In this document: positions 17,771 to 26,056 of the stretch, one piece after another
Numbering within the stretch: position 1 is the first letter of the stretch
How the letters are laid out: each line of letters opens with the position of its first letter
Origin: a virus
Strand: one strand, 5' to 3'
UHGV virus genome: UHGV-0211726
DNA: 39,805 bases
Position numbers and translations under genes: made by a program
The notes under the pieces: model-generated
Told to the model about the DNA's origin: nothing
Seen by the model: only the letters and a program-made list of their open reading frames with translations
Database searches by the model: none

Positions 17771-18295
17771 TTCCCCCTCTTTCACGCTGTCCTTAAACAC
17801 ATAAGCTGCTACTTCCTGCTGCTGTGCAGTTACAGTAACATCCCCTCGTTTTCCAGAGCCGTTAACACCAAAAGTAAGAGACACCTCTACATTTTCATCT
17901 GCCGAGGATATGATCTCAAATTCCGTGAGATATCCCTGGAAATACATGCCCTTAAACTTATTCGGACCAGGTTCTGCCGGATCCTCAAGGTTTGCTTCCC
18001 AGATTTCAAGCAACTCATCCGAATCCATCGCGTCCTCTAACTCGGAGATTAACTTATCTTTCTTCGCAAGGATAGCAGTGGCCGTGATTTCTGTTTCCGC
18101 AGCCCCAGGTGTGCGAATCGTTCCATCCTTCGTTGCTGTAGAGTCTGCATCCTTGCTTTTTGTTCTTCCATTTTCTGTCGTAAACGCAAGATTTTTCGCA
18201 GCCTCTTCTTTGGCTTTTCCTGCAAGTCGGTACAAATAGACAATTTTCTTGCCAGATACCGCCTCTGCAAATAACTGTAAACCTGTCTTAAACAT
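17768..18295 (-). CDS. major tail protein (TP901-1/phi13-like)
   Basis: 175 aa, placed between the tail terminator and chaperones; N-terminal MFKTGLQLFAEA carries the L27-like motif. Confidence 0.7.
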   Translation of the reverse strand: MFKTGLQLFAEAVSGKKIVYLYRLAGKAKEEAAKNLAFTTENGRTKSKDADSTATKDGTIRTPGAAETEITATAILAKKDKLISELEDAMDSDELLEIWEANLEDPAEPGPNKFKGMYFQGYLTEFEIISSADENVEVSLTFGVNGSGKRGDVTVTAQQQEVAAYVFKDSVKEGE

Positions 18296-18309
18296 GCTTT
18301 TTCTCCTCT

Positions 18310-18693
18310 CTAACTAAAACTAAATTCTATTTCCAGCAACCCGTGTAAAAGAGGCTGCTTTGTTGTTGTATCCGGAAGAATCCTCTGATTTACATTCCGG
18401 ACATTCCATGCAAAATTTTCGGTATGATCCAGTCTTCTGCATGTGGTTTTGATCGCCAACAGCATTTTTGATACCGTTCCTCTCTGTCTTGGATTGTTGT
18501 GCCAAACATGGATTGTCTGATGGACACTGCCAAACACAGCGGTCTTATTCGCATCATCGATCAATTGGCTGTCTGCGAGATAAACAAAAGGATACGGCGT
18601 ACCATCCGGCGGTAAGAAGCCGTCATATACGTCATATCCTAATGCTTTGATCTCTGTAAGTAATTTTGTAAATAATTCTTGCTGTGGATCCAT
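18310..18693 (-). CDS. tail terminator / tail completion protein
   Basis: 127 aa, directly upstream of the major tail gene. Confidence 0.45.
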   Translation of the reverse strand: MDPQQELFTKLLTEIKALGYDVYDGFLPPDGTPYPFVYLADSQLIDDANKTAVFGSVHQTIHVWHNNPRQRGTVSKMLLAIKTTCRRLDHTENFAWNVRNVNQRILPDTTTKQPLLHGLLEIEFSFS

Positions 18694-18696
18694 ATC

Positions 18697-19080
18697 TCAC
18701 CTCACAAGCTTTTGCAAATCTTTTTCAAACTGTTTCTTTTGCTCCTCAAATGCGGGTTTTAAATAGGGTTGGGCTTCCATCTTACGAGTGCCTAATTCTA
18801 CATAAGCAGCATACTCTGCCTTCGGTTCCACAGTAGCCTTCAGTCCATTCGGAGATATTTCTAAACCTATACTCCGTTTCAAATTCCCTGTCGGCTTTTT
18901 GAATACCATGCCTTTCCCTTCTTCCCATGCGTAATGTCCTTTGAATACTGCGTTTCTTTTCGCCCTTGATTCCATAGCAGAGCCGTTCTTTTTTACGGTA
19001 GATTTTAACTTACCCATATCCATCCGCTTCTTCAAACCTTTATTCAGCTTTGCAATTCCCTCAAATTTAATTTCTGCCAC
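18697..19080 (-). CDS. HK97 gp10-family head-tail joining protein
   Basis: 127 aa; position and a KG-rich C-terminal half typical of the family. Confidence 0.5.
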   Translation of the reverse strand: MAEIKFEGIAKLNKGLKKRMDMGKLKSTVKKNGSAMESRAKRNAVFKGHYAWEEGKGMVFKKPTGNLKRSIGLEISPNGLKATVEPKAEYAAYVELGTRKMEAQPYLKPAFEEQKKQFEKDLQKLVR

Positions 19081-19381
19081 TTTGCACCTCCGATACTACA
19101 AACACGTGCTTTGTTCGCAGTTTCCGCTCAAAATCCACTCCGTACACTTTCCTTCCGACTCTGATCCGGTGGAATATTTCTGTATAATGAGTCTGCAATT
19201 GAATTGTAAGACTTCCTTGTTTAATGCTGCCATAAATCAGGTTCATCGTTTCTGTCCCAGTATCTGAAACACTTCCATACTTCTTCACTTCCGTCACGTA
19301 GTCATCTGCGTAATCACCAGTCTCTGGATTGTACGCTCCGTGTTCTGCCGTTTGAAAATATATAGCTTTATCATACCTCAT
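19067..19381 (-). CDS. head closure / head-tail adaptor protein (SPP1 gp16-like)
   Basis: 104 aa; position in the connector module. Confidence 0.5.
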   Translation of the reverse strand: MRYDKAIYFQTAEHGAYNPETGDYADDYVTEVKKYGSVSDTGTETMNLIYGSIKQGSLTIQLQTHYTEIFHRIRVGRKVYGVDFERKLRTKHVFVVSEVQSGRN

Positions 19382-19704
19382 AGGAATCGCACCCTCCCCC
19401 GTTTTGCCCCGTCTACAGAGTCAAGATACGCTTGTATCTCGTCCATATAGGCGGAAAAATCATTTTCATTGTACGAAGTGCTTTCTCCAGCCACACTGTG
19501 GGAAGACATACCCTCAGAGCCAATGCGGTTAAAACGGATCACTGCCACATCCGTAACGATATGCTGCATACTCGATGGCACTTCCATGCCACCGAGAAGC
19601 AGTTTCAAACGATTTCGCACAGATTCCAGAATCAATAAAAGCTTTTCATCAGAATCCCTATCGGAAACATCAATTCCCAGAAGAATTTTTAAATCATCCA
19701 GCAT
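19378..19704 (-). CDS. gp6-like head-tail connector protein
   Basis: 108 aa, N-terminal LDDLKILLGI...; first connector gene. Confidence 0.5.
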   Translation of the reverse strand: MLDDLKILLGIDVSDRDSDEKLLLILESVRNRLKLLLGGMEVPSSMQHIVTDVAVIRFNRIGSEGMSSHSVAGESTSYNENDFSAYMDEIQAYLDSVDGAKRGRVRFL

Positions 19705-19718
19705 TCAATTTCAACTCC

Positions 19719-20093
19719 TTACGAATTCGCCATAATCCCCTGTTTTTTCATCTCTGCAAGAATTGCATTGATTTTATTTTTCAGGTCAGTTGCTGTTTCT
19801 GTGGACAAATCTGCAATCAAAGCCATCTGTTTCACACCGCCAAGCGTTGTTTTATTCGCCGCTGGAAGAGTGTAACTTGGTCCCGCAGGTCCCTGTGCGC
19901 CTGGATCTCCCTTGTCTCCTTTCGGTCCTGCTACTCCTGGATCGCCTTTTTCGCCTTTTGCTCCTGCTGGTCCTGCTGGTCCTGCTGGTCCTGCTGGTCC
20001 AATCTGCTCATTCTTCACGCCCTGCTCTAACTTATTCAGTTTCTCTGCTGTAATAACGTCATCATTATTCCATTTAGTTGGTTCATATGCCAT
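19719..20093 (-). CDS. collagen-like (Gly-X-Y repeat) protein, probable head decoration/fibre
   Basis: [41 protein letters not shown], about 14 GXY triplets; lies right after the MCP gene as SPP1 gp12 lies beside gp13. Confidence 0.6.
   Translation of the reverse strand: MAYEPTKWNNDDVITAEKLNKLEQGVKNEQIGPAGPAGPAGPAGAKGEKGDPGVAGPKGDKGDPGAQGPAGPSYTLPAANKTTLGGVKQMALIADLSTETATDLKNKINAILAEMKKQGIMANS
19961..20005. repeat. tandem 9-bp repeat (cctgctggt)x4-5 encoding GPA triplets
   Basis: seen in sequence; coding, not CRISPR. Confidence 0.8.
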
Positions 20094-20103
20094 AACTCAT
20101 ACC

Positions 20104-20180
20104 TCCTATTTTGCTTTACCTACTTTTGCCTTTCCGACTTTCCCCCTGCCTACCAAGGCGAGGTCTTCAGGGGGTGCTAT
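20104..20180 (-). other. conserved recoding/structured-RNA element, copy 2, after the MCP gene: GGGGG run, hairpin CCCCTG...CAGGGG, open -1 frame of 25 codons
   Basis: stem has compensatory changes relative to copy 1; -1 frame differences cluster at third codon positions. Confidence 0.55.
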
Positions 20181-21103
20181 TCCCCCACCGACACTTTAAC
20201 TACAGCTTTCTTGTTGTCATTCGGAATAAATTCTCCAGCCTTACCAGCTCCCTGCAGAGCTACTCCGTCAAAGTCTTCCGATTCAATCGTTCTCGCTGTG
20301 TTAATTCCAGTAAATGCTTTTGCAACTCCGGCAATATATGCATAGGCGCATTCTTTAGATTGGAATAATTCATCCGGAATCTCCTCTACAAGGAATCCCT
20401 TGAACTTCACAACCTCATTGCCATCAATGTTTACAGTGGAGTTTTTAGCAGCCGTATTCAAAGGATGATCCACGACGGCATTGTACAGATCGGAACAAAC
20501 CTTAATTTTTTTCGTTCCAACTGCTTCGATGTTATTAAAATACTTAGACAGCTCATTAAACAGCTTTAATACATTGTCTGCCGTATAATCTGTGGCTTTC
20601 AAAGACTTTCCGGCAGAATGGGAAATAAAATTTCCGTGCTGTTTGTTAAACTGCTTTGTCTTAGCCCTCGCCTGCAGTTCCAAGCGATCTGCTACCGCAA
20701 CGTCAAAATCATTATTCACGGTGTGTCGGTCAATCCCCTCGTGGTAATTCCATCCCCAAGAGTAATTAACCGGCGTGTTCGCGTAGATAATCTCTTTTCT
20801 CTCCCCGAAACGGCTAGAGTTCCCTGTTCCCGTTCCAAACGCTTTCGTAGCTGTTTTATCGTACCCAGTTCCAACCACAACCGGAATGTCTGATGTTTTT
20901 ACATAAAAGGCTGTTTCGTTTTCTCTGACTCCATCCAGTACCTCAAGTTCGCCGCCGAAAAAATCCGCGAAATAGGACATCTTTTTAAATACTACCTTCA
21001 AAAGACTTTTAAACTCAAGCTGGTAGCTTCTTACCGGCATATCGTTGTTGTCTCCTGCCGCAAATAACTGTAACATCATAAATTCTTTATTCTTCATCTT
21101 CAC
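20177..21103 (-). CDS. major capsid protein
   Basis: 308 aa after the scaffold gene; N-terminal [12 protein letters not shown] motif; start may be the second Met (21097). Confidence 0.75.
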   Translation of the reverse strand: MKMKNKEFMMLQLFAAGDNNDMPVRSYQLEFKSLLKVVFKKMSYFADFFGGELEVLDGVRENETAFYVKTSDIPVVVGTGYDKTATKAFGTGTGNSSRFGERKEIIYANTPVNYSWGWNYHEGIDRHTVNNDFDVAVADRLELQARAKTKQFNKQHGNFISHSAGKSLKATDYTADNVLKLFNELSKYFNNIEAVGTKKIKVCSDLYNAVVDHPLNTAAKNSTVNIDGNEVVKFKGFLVEEIPDELFQSKECAYAYIAGVAKAFTGINTARTIESEDFDGVALQGAGKAGEFIPNDNKKAVVKVSVGE

Positions 21104-21111
21104 ATTCTCCT

Positions 21112-21726
21112 TTATTTATACTTTGCAAGTCTCTTTTCGAATTCAGACATTGGACTTCCTGAGTTCGTCATGGTTTTTGGTGTAGATCCGGTTGCTCTGG
21201 TGATCTCGGCTTTCTTAAGCTGGGATTCCACGATTTTCATCAGAGTGTCAATTCTTGCATTGGTATCTGCTTCATCAACTCCAACAACAAAATCAAGAAC
21301 ATCCTGCGTTGCTTCGATACCTTTCTCCACAAGCACTCCTGCCGCATTTCTGGAAAGCTGATTCCTTACAGATTCTGCCTGCAATCTCTCATTTTCTTTT
21401 TTCAGCTTATCCATCTCATACTGCTGTTTCTGCTCTGCATTCATCTTCGCAACTTTGGCTGCTTCTTCTGCTTTCTGATCAGCATCTTCCTGCCATTTCA
21501 CTTTTGCATTTCCAAGCGCCGTTTCGATTGCTTTATTGACTCGTCTGTCAAATTCTGCTTGGTTCTTCCCATCCTTTAAAAAGTCCTCAAACGTGTTGCC
21601 GGAAGCTCCATTACTTTCCTCATTGCCTTGCGTTCCTTCACCGTTTGCGCCGGATCCATTGCTTTCTGCCCCAGTTCCTTCGTCTTCGGCAAATAACTGT
21701 AATGCCATAAATTCTCTAAATTTCAT
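21112..21726 (-). CDS. scaffolding protein
   Basis: acidic, coiled-coil, 204 aa from ATG 21726 (RBS AAAGGAAAAG); N-terminal MKFREFMALQLFAEDEG. Confidence 0.6.
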   Translation of the reverse strand: MKFREFMALQLFAEDEGTGAESNGSGANGEGTQGNEESNGASGNTFEDFLKDGKNQAEFDRRVNKAIETALGNAKVKWQEDADQKAEEAAKVAKMNAEQKQQYEMDKLKKENERLQAESVRNQLSRNAAGVLVEKGIEATQDVLDFVVGVDEADTNARIDTLMKIVESQLKKAEITRATGSTPKTMTNSGSPMSEFEKRLAKYK

Positions 21727-21853
21727 ATCTTTTCCTTTCTGCCCCAGTCCATCCACTGTCCAGACCGTTGCTTTAAAATATTTTTCCGGTTCTTTACCGC
21801 CTACCGGAAAAAGGCATAAAAATAACACATATCTCTATGTGCCAATGTCTTAC

Positions 21854-21964
21854 CTATTCAATTTTTCCGCACTTTGTACAACGTCTAACATATCCCTTTG
21901 TAGCCTTGTTGTAGTGCTTGCAATACTTGTGTTCGCAGAATCTCTGCTTCAACCATTTGAACAT
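21854..21964 (-). CDS. 36-aa zinc-ribbon-like peptide (CxxH...CxH...CxxC)
   Basis: perfect RBS AGGAGGAGAT-ATG; sequence MFKWLKQRFCEHKYCKHYNKATKGYVRRCTKCGKIE. Confidence 0.35.
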   Translation of the reverse strand: MFKWLKQRFCEHKYCKHYNKATKGYVRRCTKCGKIE

Positions 21965-22071
21965 ATCTCCTCCTAAAGTAACGCCTGTACCTGTTCTTTT
22001 AAGCTCTCCGGTACATCATCAATTGTCAAGTGTCCACCTTTGATTCTGTTTGCCAAAAACTGTGCCATAAC

Positions 22072-22359
22072 TTACACCCCCATTTTCATTGTTGCAAGAA
22101 TTAACTCCTGCACCGCTTGGTCTGTGACTTCCTGTGCTGCCTGTGTTGCTTTCAGGTCATTCTGCAATTTCCCATAGGCGCTCATTCCGTCATCCACTGC
22201 TTCATATTCTTTGATTACGTTTTCTTCTGTCTCTGTGTATCCAACAAAGACAAGATTGCTGAATCCCTCTGGTTTCTCTTCCTTGAGTGGTTTGTAGCCC
22301 TCCTTTTTGATGGAGCTGATTCTCACAGTTCCGTTTTCCATTATTTTTGCATAGTTCAT
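22072..22359 (-). CDS. hypothetical protein (95 aa)
   Basis: ORF in the operon. Confidence 0.4.
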   Translation of the reverse strand: MNYAKIMENGTVRISSIKKEGYKPLKEEKPEGFSNLVFVGYTETEENVIKEYEAVDDGMSAYGKLQNDLKATQAAQEVTDQAVQELILATMKMGV

Positions 22360-22361
22360 GT

Positions 22362-23918
22362 TTAAATCTCCTTTCGGTATGTTACTTTAATATCGGGGTC
22401 AAGCTCCCCTCCGTCAACCGTGATGACTGTGGTAGGGTAGTAGGCTTTTAATGCTCGGATAGCGTTTTGTTCGGATTGTGGTAGGGGGACGAATTCTTCG
22501 GAATCGTCCTTATACAGAACGTGCAATGGATTATCTGCCAAATACTGTTTATATGCATCCAGTGTAAGTTCCACCTCTTCTGGGAGAGTTATACATAGGA
22601 TCCCTAAATTATTTATAGAAATACCTGTATCTTTTTTGTATCCTACACTGGAATAGTCATATCCTAACAATTCAGAGCAGAACGGTACGGCTATTGGGAA
22701 AGTAATGTCTGTCCTATAAAATATTTTATTCGCAGGTTGAACTGCCCACTTTCCAGTTTTTCCGTCAATCGTTTCATTTACAGAATTATACAACCACCCA
22801 ATCTGTCCGCCCTGCTCTACCAGTCTGTCCCATTTTGTAATAGGGCGGTCGGATGTGAGGGTGAGTGTTTGTTCTGTGTATGGCTGATATTGTGCAGCGT
22901 CTTTCCCTTCGCACACAATTATGTCAGTTATCTCAAGCGTATTACCTGTTCTAATTGCATCTCCAACTAAATATATTCCAATATCAATGCATATATCTTT
23001 GTTTGGGGTATAGAAGTTACCCATTTTTAGTAACTCTCCATTGTTTTTTTCCTTAAAAAAAGCGAACATAGGCGTCATATTAGATGTCCCGACTTTTCTC
23101 CCATTTAGAAAATAAGTTTTTCCGGATTTTAAGCATATGCCACCACCTGATACTATCGCATATGCACGTTTCGAAGTAACTGTTTCAATTGCTGTAATTT
23201 TTACGATATTATTCTCACGTTTTGCAGTACAAAGGTTCCCACCACTTACTTCCGCTTTTTCGATATCAAACAGATTCTTCCCAGTAACTTTCACACTAAC
23301 TTCATACTTCCTTGTTTCCTCATTCCACTTCCCAGAGTTTTTGATTTCCTGCGGATATTCTGGGCTTGGAGATGGCTTGCCTCCTGTGTAGGGTTCGTAA
23401 GGAGTTGCAGAATTACCGTTTTGTAACTGCGGATAAATTACTGTATTTACTGTCAGCCCCTTTTCTACGGACAAATAAGTGTTTTTATTTAATCCGTGAT
23501 ACTCTATTTTTACATTATCTTTTCCACCGGAAAGAACCTTTCCGTTCCCTGTGCTATTATTAAAAATACTTTCCGCTCCGAAGTCTATTTTTGCTATATT
23601 AAAGATTACATATTCGGTAGCCGTTCCAGTAACTTTTATCCCTCCATCCTCTTGCACTGCAAAAGTTACACCATTTTTTGTCATGTCTCCGGTGACATAC
23701 GGAAATGGTAATAACTGCGCTCCTGTAGTCTGCACCTGCTCCGTCTTCCCACCAAGCTCCAACCTTTCAAGCGGAGCATCCAAGCTGTTCGGAAGTACCA
23801 ACATCCCTGCCCCCTCTAGCTCTACCCTGTCATAATTCGGTGGCTGCGGAGCGGAGACTCCTAGAGGGCAGATCATATCCACTCCTATGATTCCTGTTCC
23901 GTCTACCATTTTAAGCAT
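22362..23918 (-). CDS. large hypothetical structural-type protein (518 aa) inserted in the head module
   Basis: beta-rich, G/T/N-rich, no catalytic motifs recognised; its position between MuF/Prp and scaffold is unusual. Confidence 0.45.
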   Translation of the reverse strand: MLKMVDGTGIIGVDMICPLGVSAPQPPNYDRVELEGAGMLVLPNSLDAPLERLELGGKTEQVQTTGAQLLPFPYVTGDMTKNGVTFAVQEDGGIKVTGTATEYVIFNIAKIDFGAESIFNNSTGNGKVLSGGKDNVKIEYHGLNKNTYLSVEKGLTVNTVIYPQLQNGNSATPYEPYTGGKPSPSPEYPQEIKNSGKWNEETRKYEVSVKVTGKNLFDIEKAEVSGGNLCTAKRENNIVKITAIETVTSKRAYAIVSGGGICLKSGKTYFLNGRKVGTSNMTPMFAFFKEKNNGELLKMGNFYTPNKDICIDIGIYLVGDAIRTGNTLEITDIIVCEGKDAAQYQPYTEQTLTLTSDRPITKWDRLVEQGGQIGWLYNSVNETIDGKTGKWAVQPANKIFYRTDITFPIAVPFCSELLGYDYSSVGYKKDTGISINNLGILCITLPEEVELTLDAYKQYLADNPLHVLYKDDSEEFVPLPQSEQNAIRALKAYYPTTVITVDGGELDPDIKVTYRKEI

Positions 23919-24190
23919 TGTACTTCTACTCCTTTTTCGCTTGTTGCTGCGGGGATGATCTGGACTAGGTTACTTCCCGCGTAGTAATTTTTGTTCCGTA
24001 TCACAGTTTGCGCAGTCTGCGCCGGAATCAATGCACTTTCTTCCTTTGTCGCGCTTTCTTTCAGTGCAACATACACATCCCCATCTGTAAAATTCTTCAC
24101 AAGATATTCTTTCCCCTCATGCGCAAATTCCAGAATCAGTGCCTGCTCACTGGTTGTTGCTGCTCTGATGAAAGTCTCTGTTTTACTCAT
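23903..24190 (-). CDS. hypothetical protein (95 aa)
   Basis: ORF in the operon. Confidence 0.4.
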   Translation of the reverse strand: MSKTETFIRAATTSEQALILEFAHEGKEYLVKNFTDGDVYVALKESATKEESALIPAQTAQTVIRNKNYYAGSNLVQIIPAATSEKGVEVQCLKW

Positions 24191-24194
24191 ATTT

Positions 24195-24482
24195 TCACCT
24201 CACTTTCACATGTTCCGGAAATTCTTCCGCAATCAAACAGATGCCAATGAAAAAGGAATCCACCAGAGTTTTTGATTTCTCTGACAGATTCCTGTATTCT
24301 ATCTCAGCCTTTCCGGGAGAGATTCTGCATTCTATTTTATCATCTGTTAAATTTTCAATTGACTGGATCAGCGTCTGTGTAAGCGCTGTCACAGCTGCAC
24401 ACACAATATCTTTTCCCGGCTCCGCATACCCGGCGTGTCCAGAGATTTCAATTCGCTCTGGACGGATTCTCACCTCAATCAA
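24195..24482 (-). CDS. prp: Prp-like cysteine protease (DUF464 / ribosomal-protein-L27-processing protease family)
   Basis: ISGHAGYAEPGKDIVCAAVTAL aligns with the Prp catalytic His/Cys region (S. aureus DGHADHGEYGHDIVCAGASAV); about 95 aa, as in Prp. Confidence 0.65.
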   Translation of the reverse strand: MIEVRIRPERIEISGHAGYAEPGKDIVCAAVTALTQTLIQSIENLTDDKIECRISPGKAEIEYRNLSEKSKTLVDSFFIGICLIAEEFPEHVKVR

Positions 24483-24539
24483 ATCGCATCACCTCCAAAA
24501 TGAGTACAAAAATACCACCAGCCCGCTCAACCGATGGTA

Positions 24540-24779
24540 TTACATTGCATCAATTTCTACTTCTTTTACTAGATCGTTTAATGATTTTCCGCTATAAAAT
24601 TTATCATTCATAACCTCATCTACATTATCATACTCTTTCGTATCATCACCATGCCACGCTTGATACGTTGGGATGTAATCCCTGACTTCAACTGTCACTC
24701 CCGATGCCAATCCTTTGTAAAAGAAAGAAATATCATTGCAACACTCAGATAAAATTTGTCTTAATTCATCTTTATTCAT
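24540..24779 (-). CDS. hypothetical protein (79 aa)
   Basis: ORF in the operon. Confidence 0.4.
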   Translation of the reverse strand: MNKDELRQILSECCNDISFFYKGLASGVTVEVRDYIPTYQAWHGDDTKEYDNVDEVMNDKFYSGKSLNDLVKEVEIDAM

Positions 24780-26056
24780 AATATATCGCCATTCTCCTTT
24801 CTTTCCTCTTCGCTTAATTCGCGAGTTGTCTTATCCTTCAGTCTGCCGTCTTCTCCCCATGTATAGTCCTGCGCGTGTTCCCCATGATTTCCATAAGGAT
24901 GCTGCTTAGGATTCCCGTGTGCGGTTGTATGGATATCTTTAAATTTTAATTTCGACTCTCCGTAAAAAGCTCTTACATCTACTTTCCCGTCTTTTCCGAT
25001 ATGGTCTATTACCGCTCCTGCCTCTGCCATTTTAGGCGTTCCAGAATGTCCGCTGACTGTTTTATCTGCTTTTATTATATCAAACACAGATTTCTTTTCA
25101 ACCCTGTTCTTCCAAGTTTCAAAATCCATCCCGTGCTCAGAATACCCGTCCAGCCATTCATCATATTCTTTATCATCCATATATGCTGCTGTACTGCACC
25201 GGCAACGTGGATGCATTGGATGCGCATTTTCTCCTGGCATCATTTTTGATACCTTAAAATGCTTTCCATCTAAAGCCCGGCAGATCGGGCAGGCTGTCGG
25301 CTCCGCGATAAACTCATACTCATCAAATCCGTTGCGGATATAGGACTGCTTCTGCGCTTCTGCTTGCACCCTAGACAATTCTGTTGCCATCAGTCGCTCT
25401 GCATTTTCCCGGCTTACTCCAAACAGTTTGGTAAGGTGTCTTGCCAGTGTTCTCGGATTCTTACCCTGTATCAAACCAGTCTGTAATAGCTTCGACAATT
25501 CAGTTTTCAGCATATCCTGGTACATCCAAATACGATCCGAATATTTTGCATTATGGAATGAAGCATTTACGATCGAATGTGCCATCTTCGCATTGTTCTG
25601 GATGGATTTTCCAAGGATTCCCGCCTGCCGTTCAAATTCTTCCAGCGTTTTCTCCGTCAGGATCTGGTCAAAATACTTCTGAAGCTCATCAAATCCACCG
25701 ACAAGATGCATTCCGATATTAGCTTTCAGCATTTCAAGCCTGTTGATCTTCATAGCTGCATTGTATAGCCGCATCTCTTCGTTGGCTTCTTTCGAAAAAT
25801 TCTTATCCTTTACATACCGTTTCGCCTTCCGGCTGTATGCATTAATATCCATTTTAGATACCCGCTTTTTTGCCTCTGCGATTGTGATCCCTTCTGCTTT
25901 TGCATAACGTGTGTAAAATCCATGAATCTCTTTCTGGATTTCATCCATCACGTTCGCATAGATCTTCTCGATCTCTTTCGCGTATTCAGCTTCATCCTTG
26001 ATATTCTTCTTTCGCTGCTCTTCTTCCCTATTCTTCCAATACTCCTGACTGCTCAT
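24776..26056 (-). CDS. minor head morphogenesis protein (Mu F / SPP1 gp7-like)
   Basis: 426 aa immediately after the portal; conserved central region typical of Phage_Mu_F. Confidence 0.6.
   Translation of the reverse strand: MSSQEYWKNREEEQRKKNIKDEAEYAKEIEKIYANVMDEIQKEIHGFYTRYAKAEGITIAEAKKRVSKMDINAYSRKAKRYVKDKNFSKEANEEMRLYNAAMKINRLEMLKANIGMHLVGGFDELQKYFDQILTEKTLEEFERQAGILGKSIQNNAKMAHSIVNASFHNAKYSDRIWMYQDMLKTELSKLLQTGLIQGKNPRTLARHLTKLFGVSRENAERLMATELSRVQAEAQKQSYIRNGFDEYEFIAEPTACPICRALDGKHFKVSKMMPGENAHPMHPRCRCSTAAYMDDKEYDEWLDGYSEHGMDFETWKNRVEKKSVFDIIKADKTVSGHSGTPKMAEAGAVIDHIGKDGKVDVRAFYGESKLKFKDIHTTAHGNPKQHPYGNHGEHAQDYTWGEDGRLKDKTTRELSEEERKENGDIL

Noticed and set aside
19961-20005. Tandem 9-bp direct repeats that might look like a mini CRISPR or VNTR
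   Set aside because: No spacers. The repeats are contiguous and in-frame, encoding GPA triplets of a collagen-like protein.
19575-20199. + strand ORFs 19575-20030, 19790-20053 and 19912-20199 overlapping the collagen-like gene
   Set aside because: They are antisense readings of the GXY-encoding tandem repeat (giving L/S/P-rich junk). The - strand gene has the RBS and operon context.
21973-22068. Possible XkdX-like small peptide between the 95-aa gene and the zinc-ribbon ORF
   Set aside because: On careful re-translation the frame gives only a 22-aa ORF (MAQFLANRIKGGHLTMMMYRRA). The attractive ...DDVPESLKEQVQALL reading has no start codon, and my first reading contained a transcription error.
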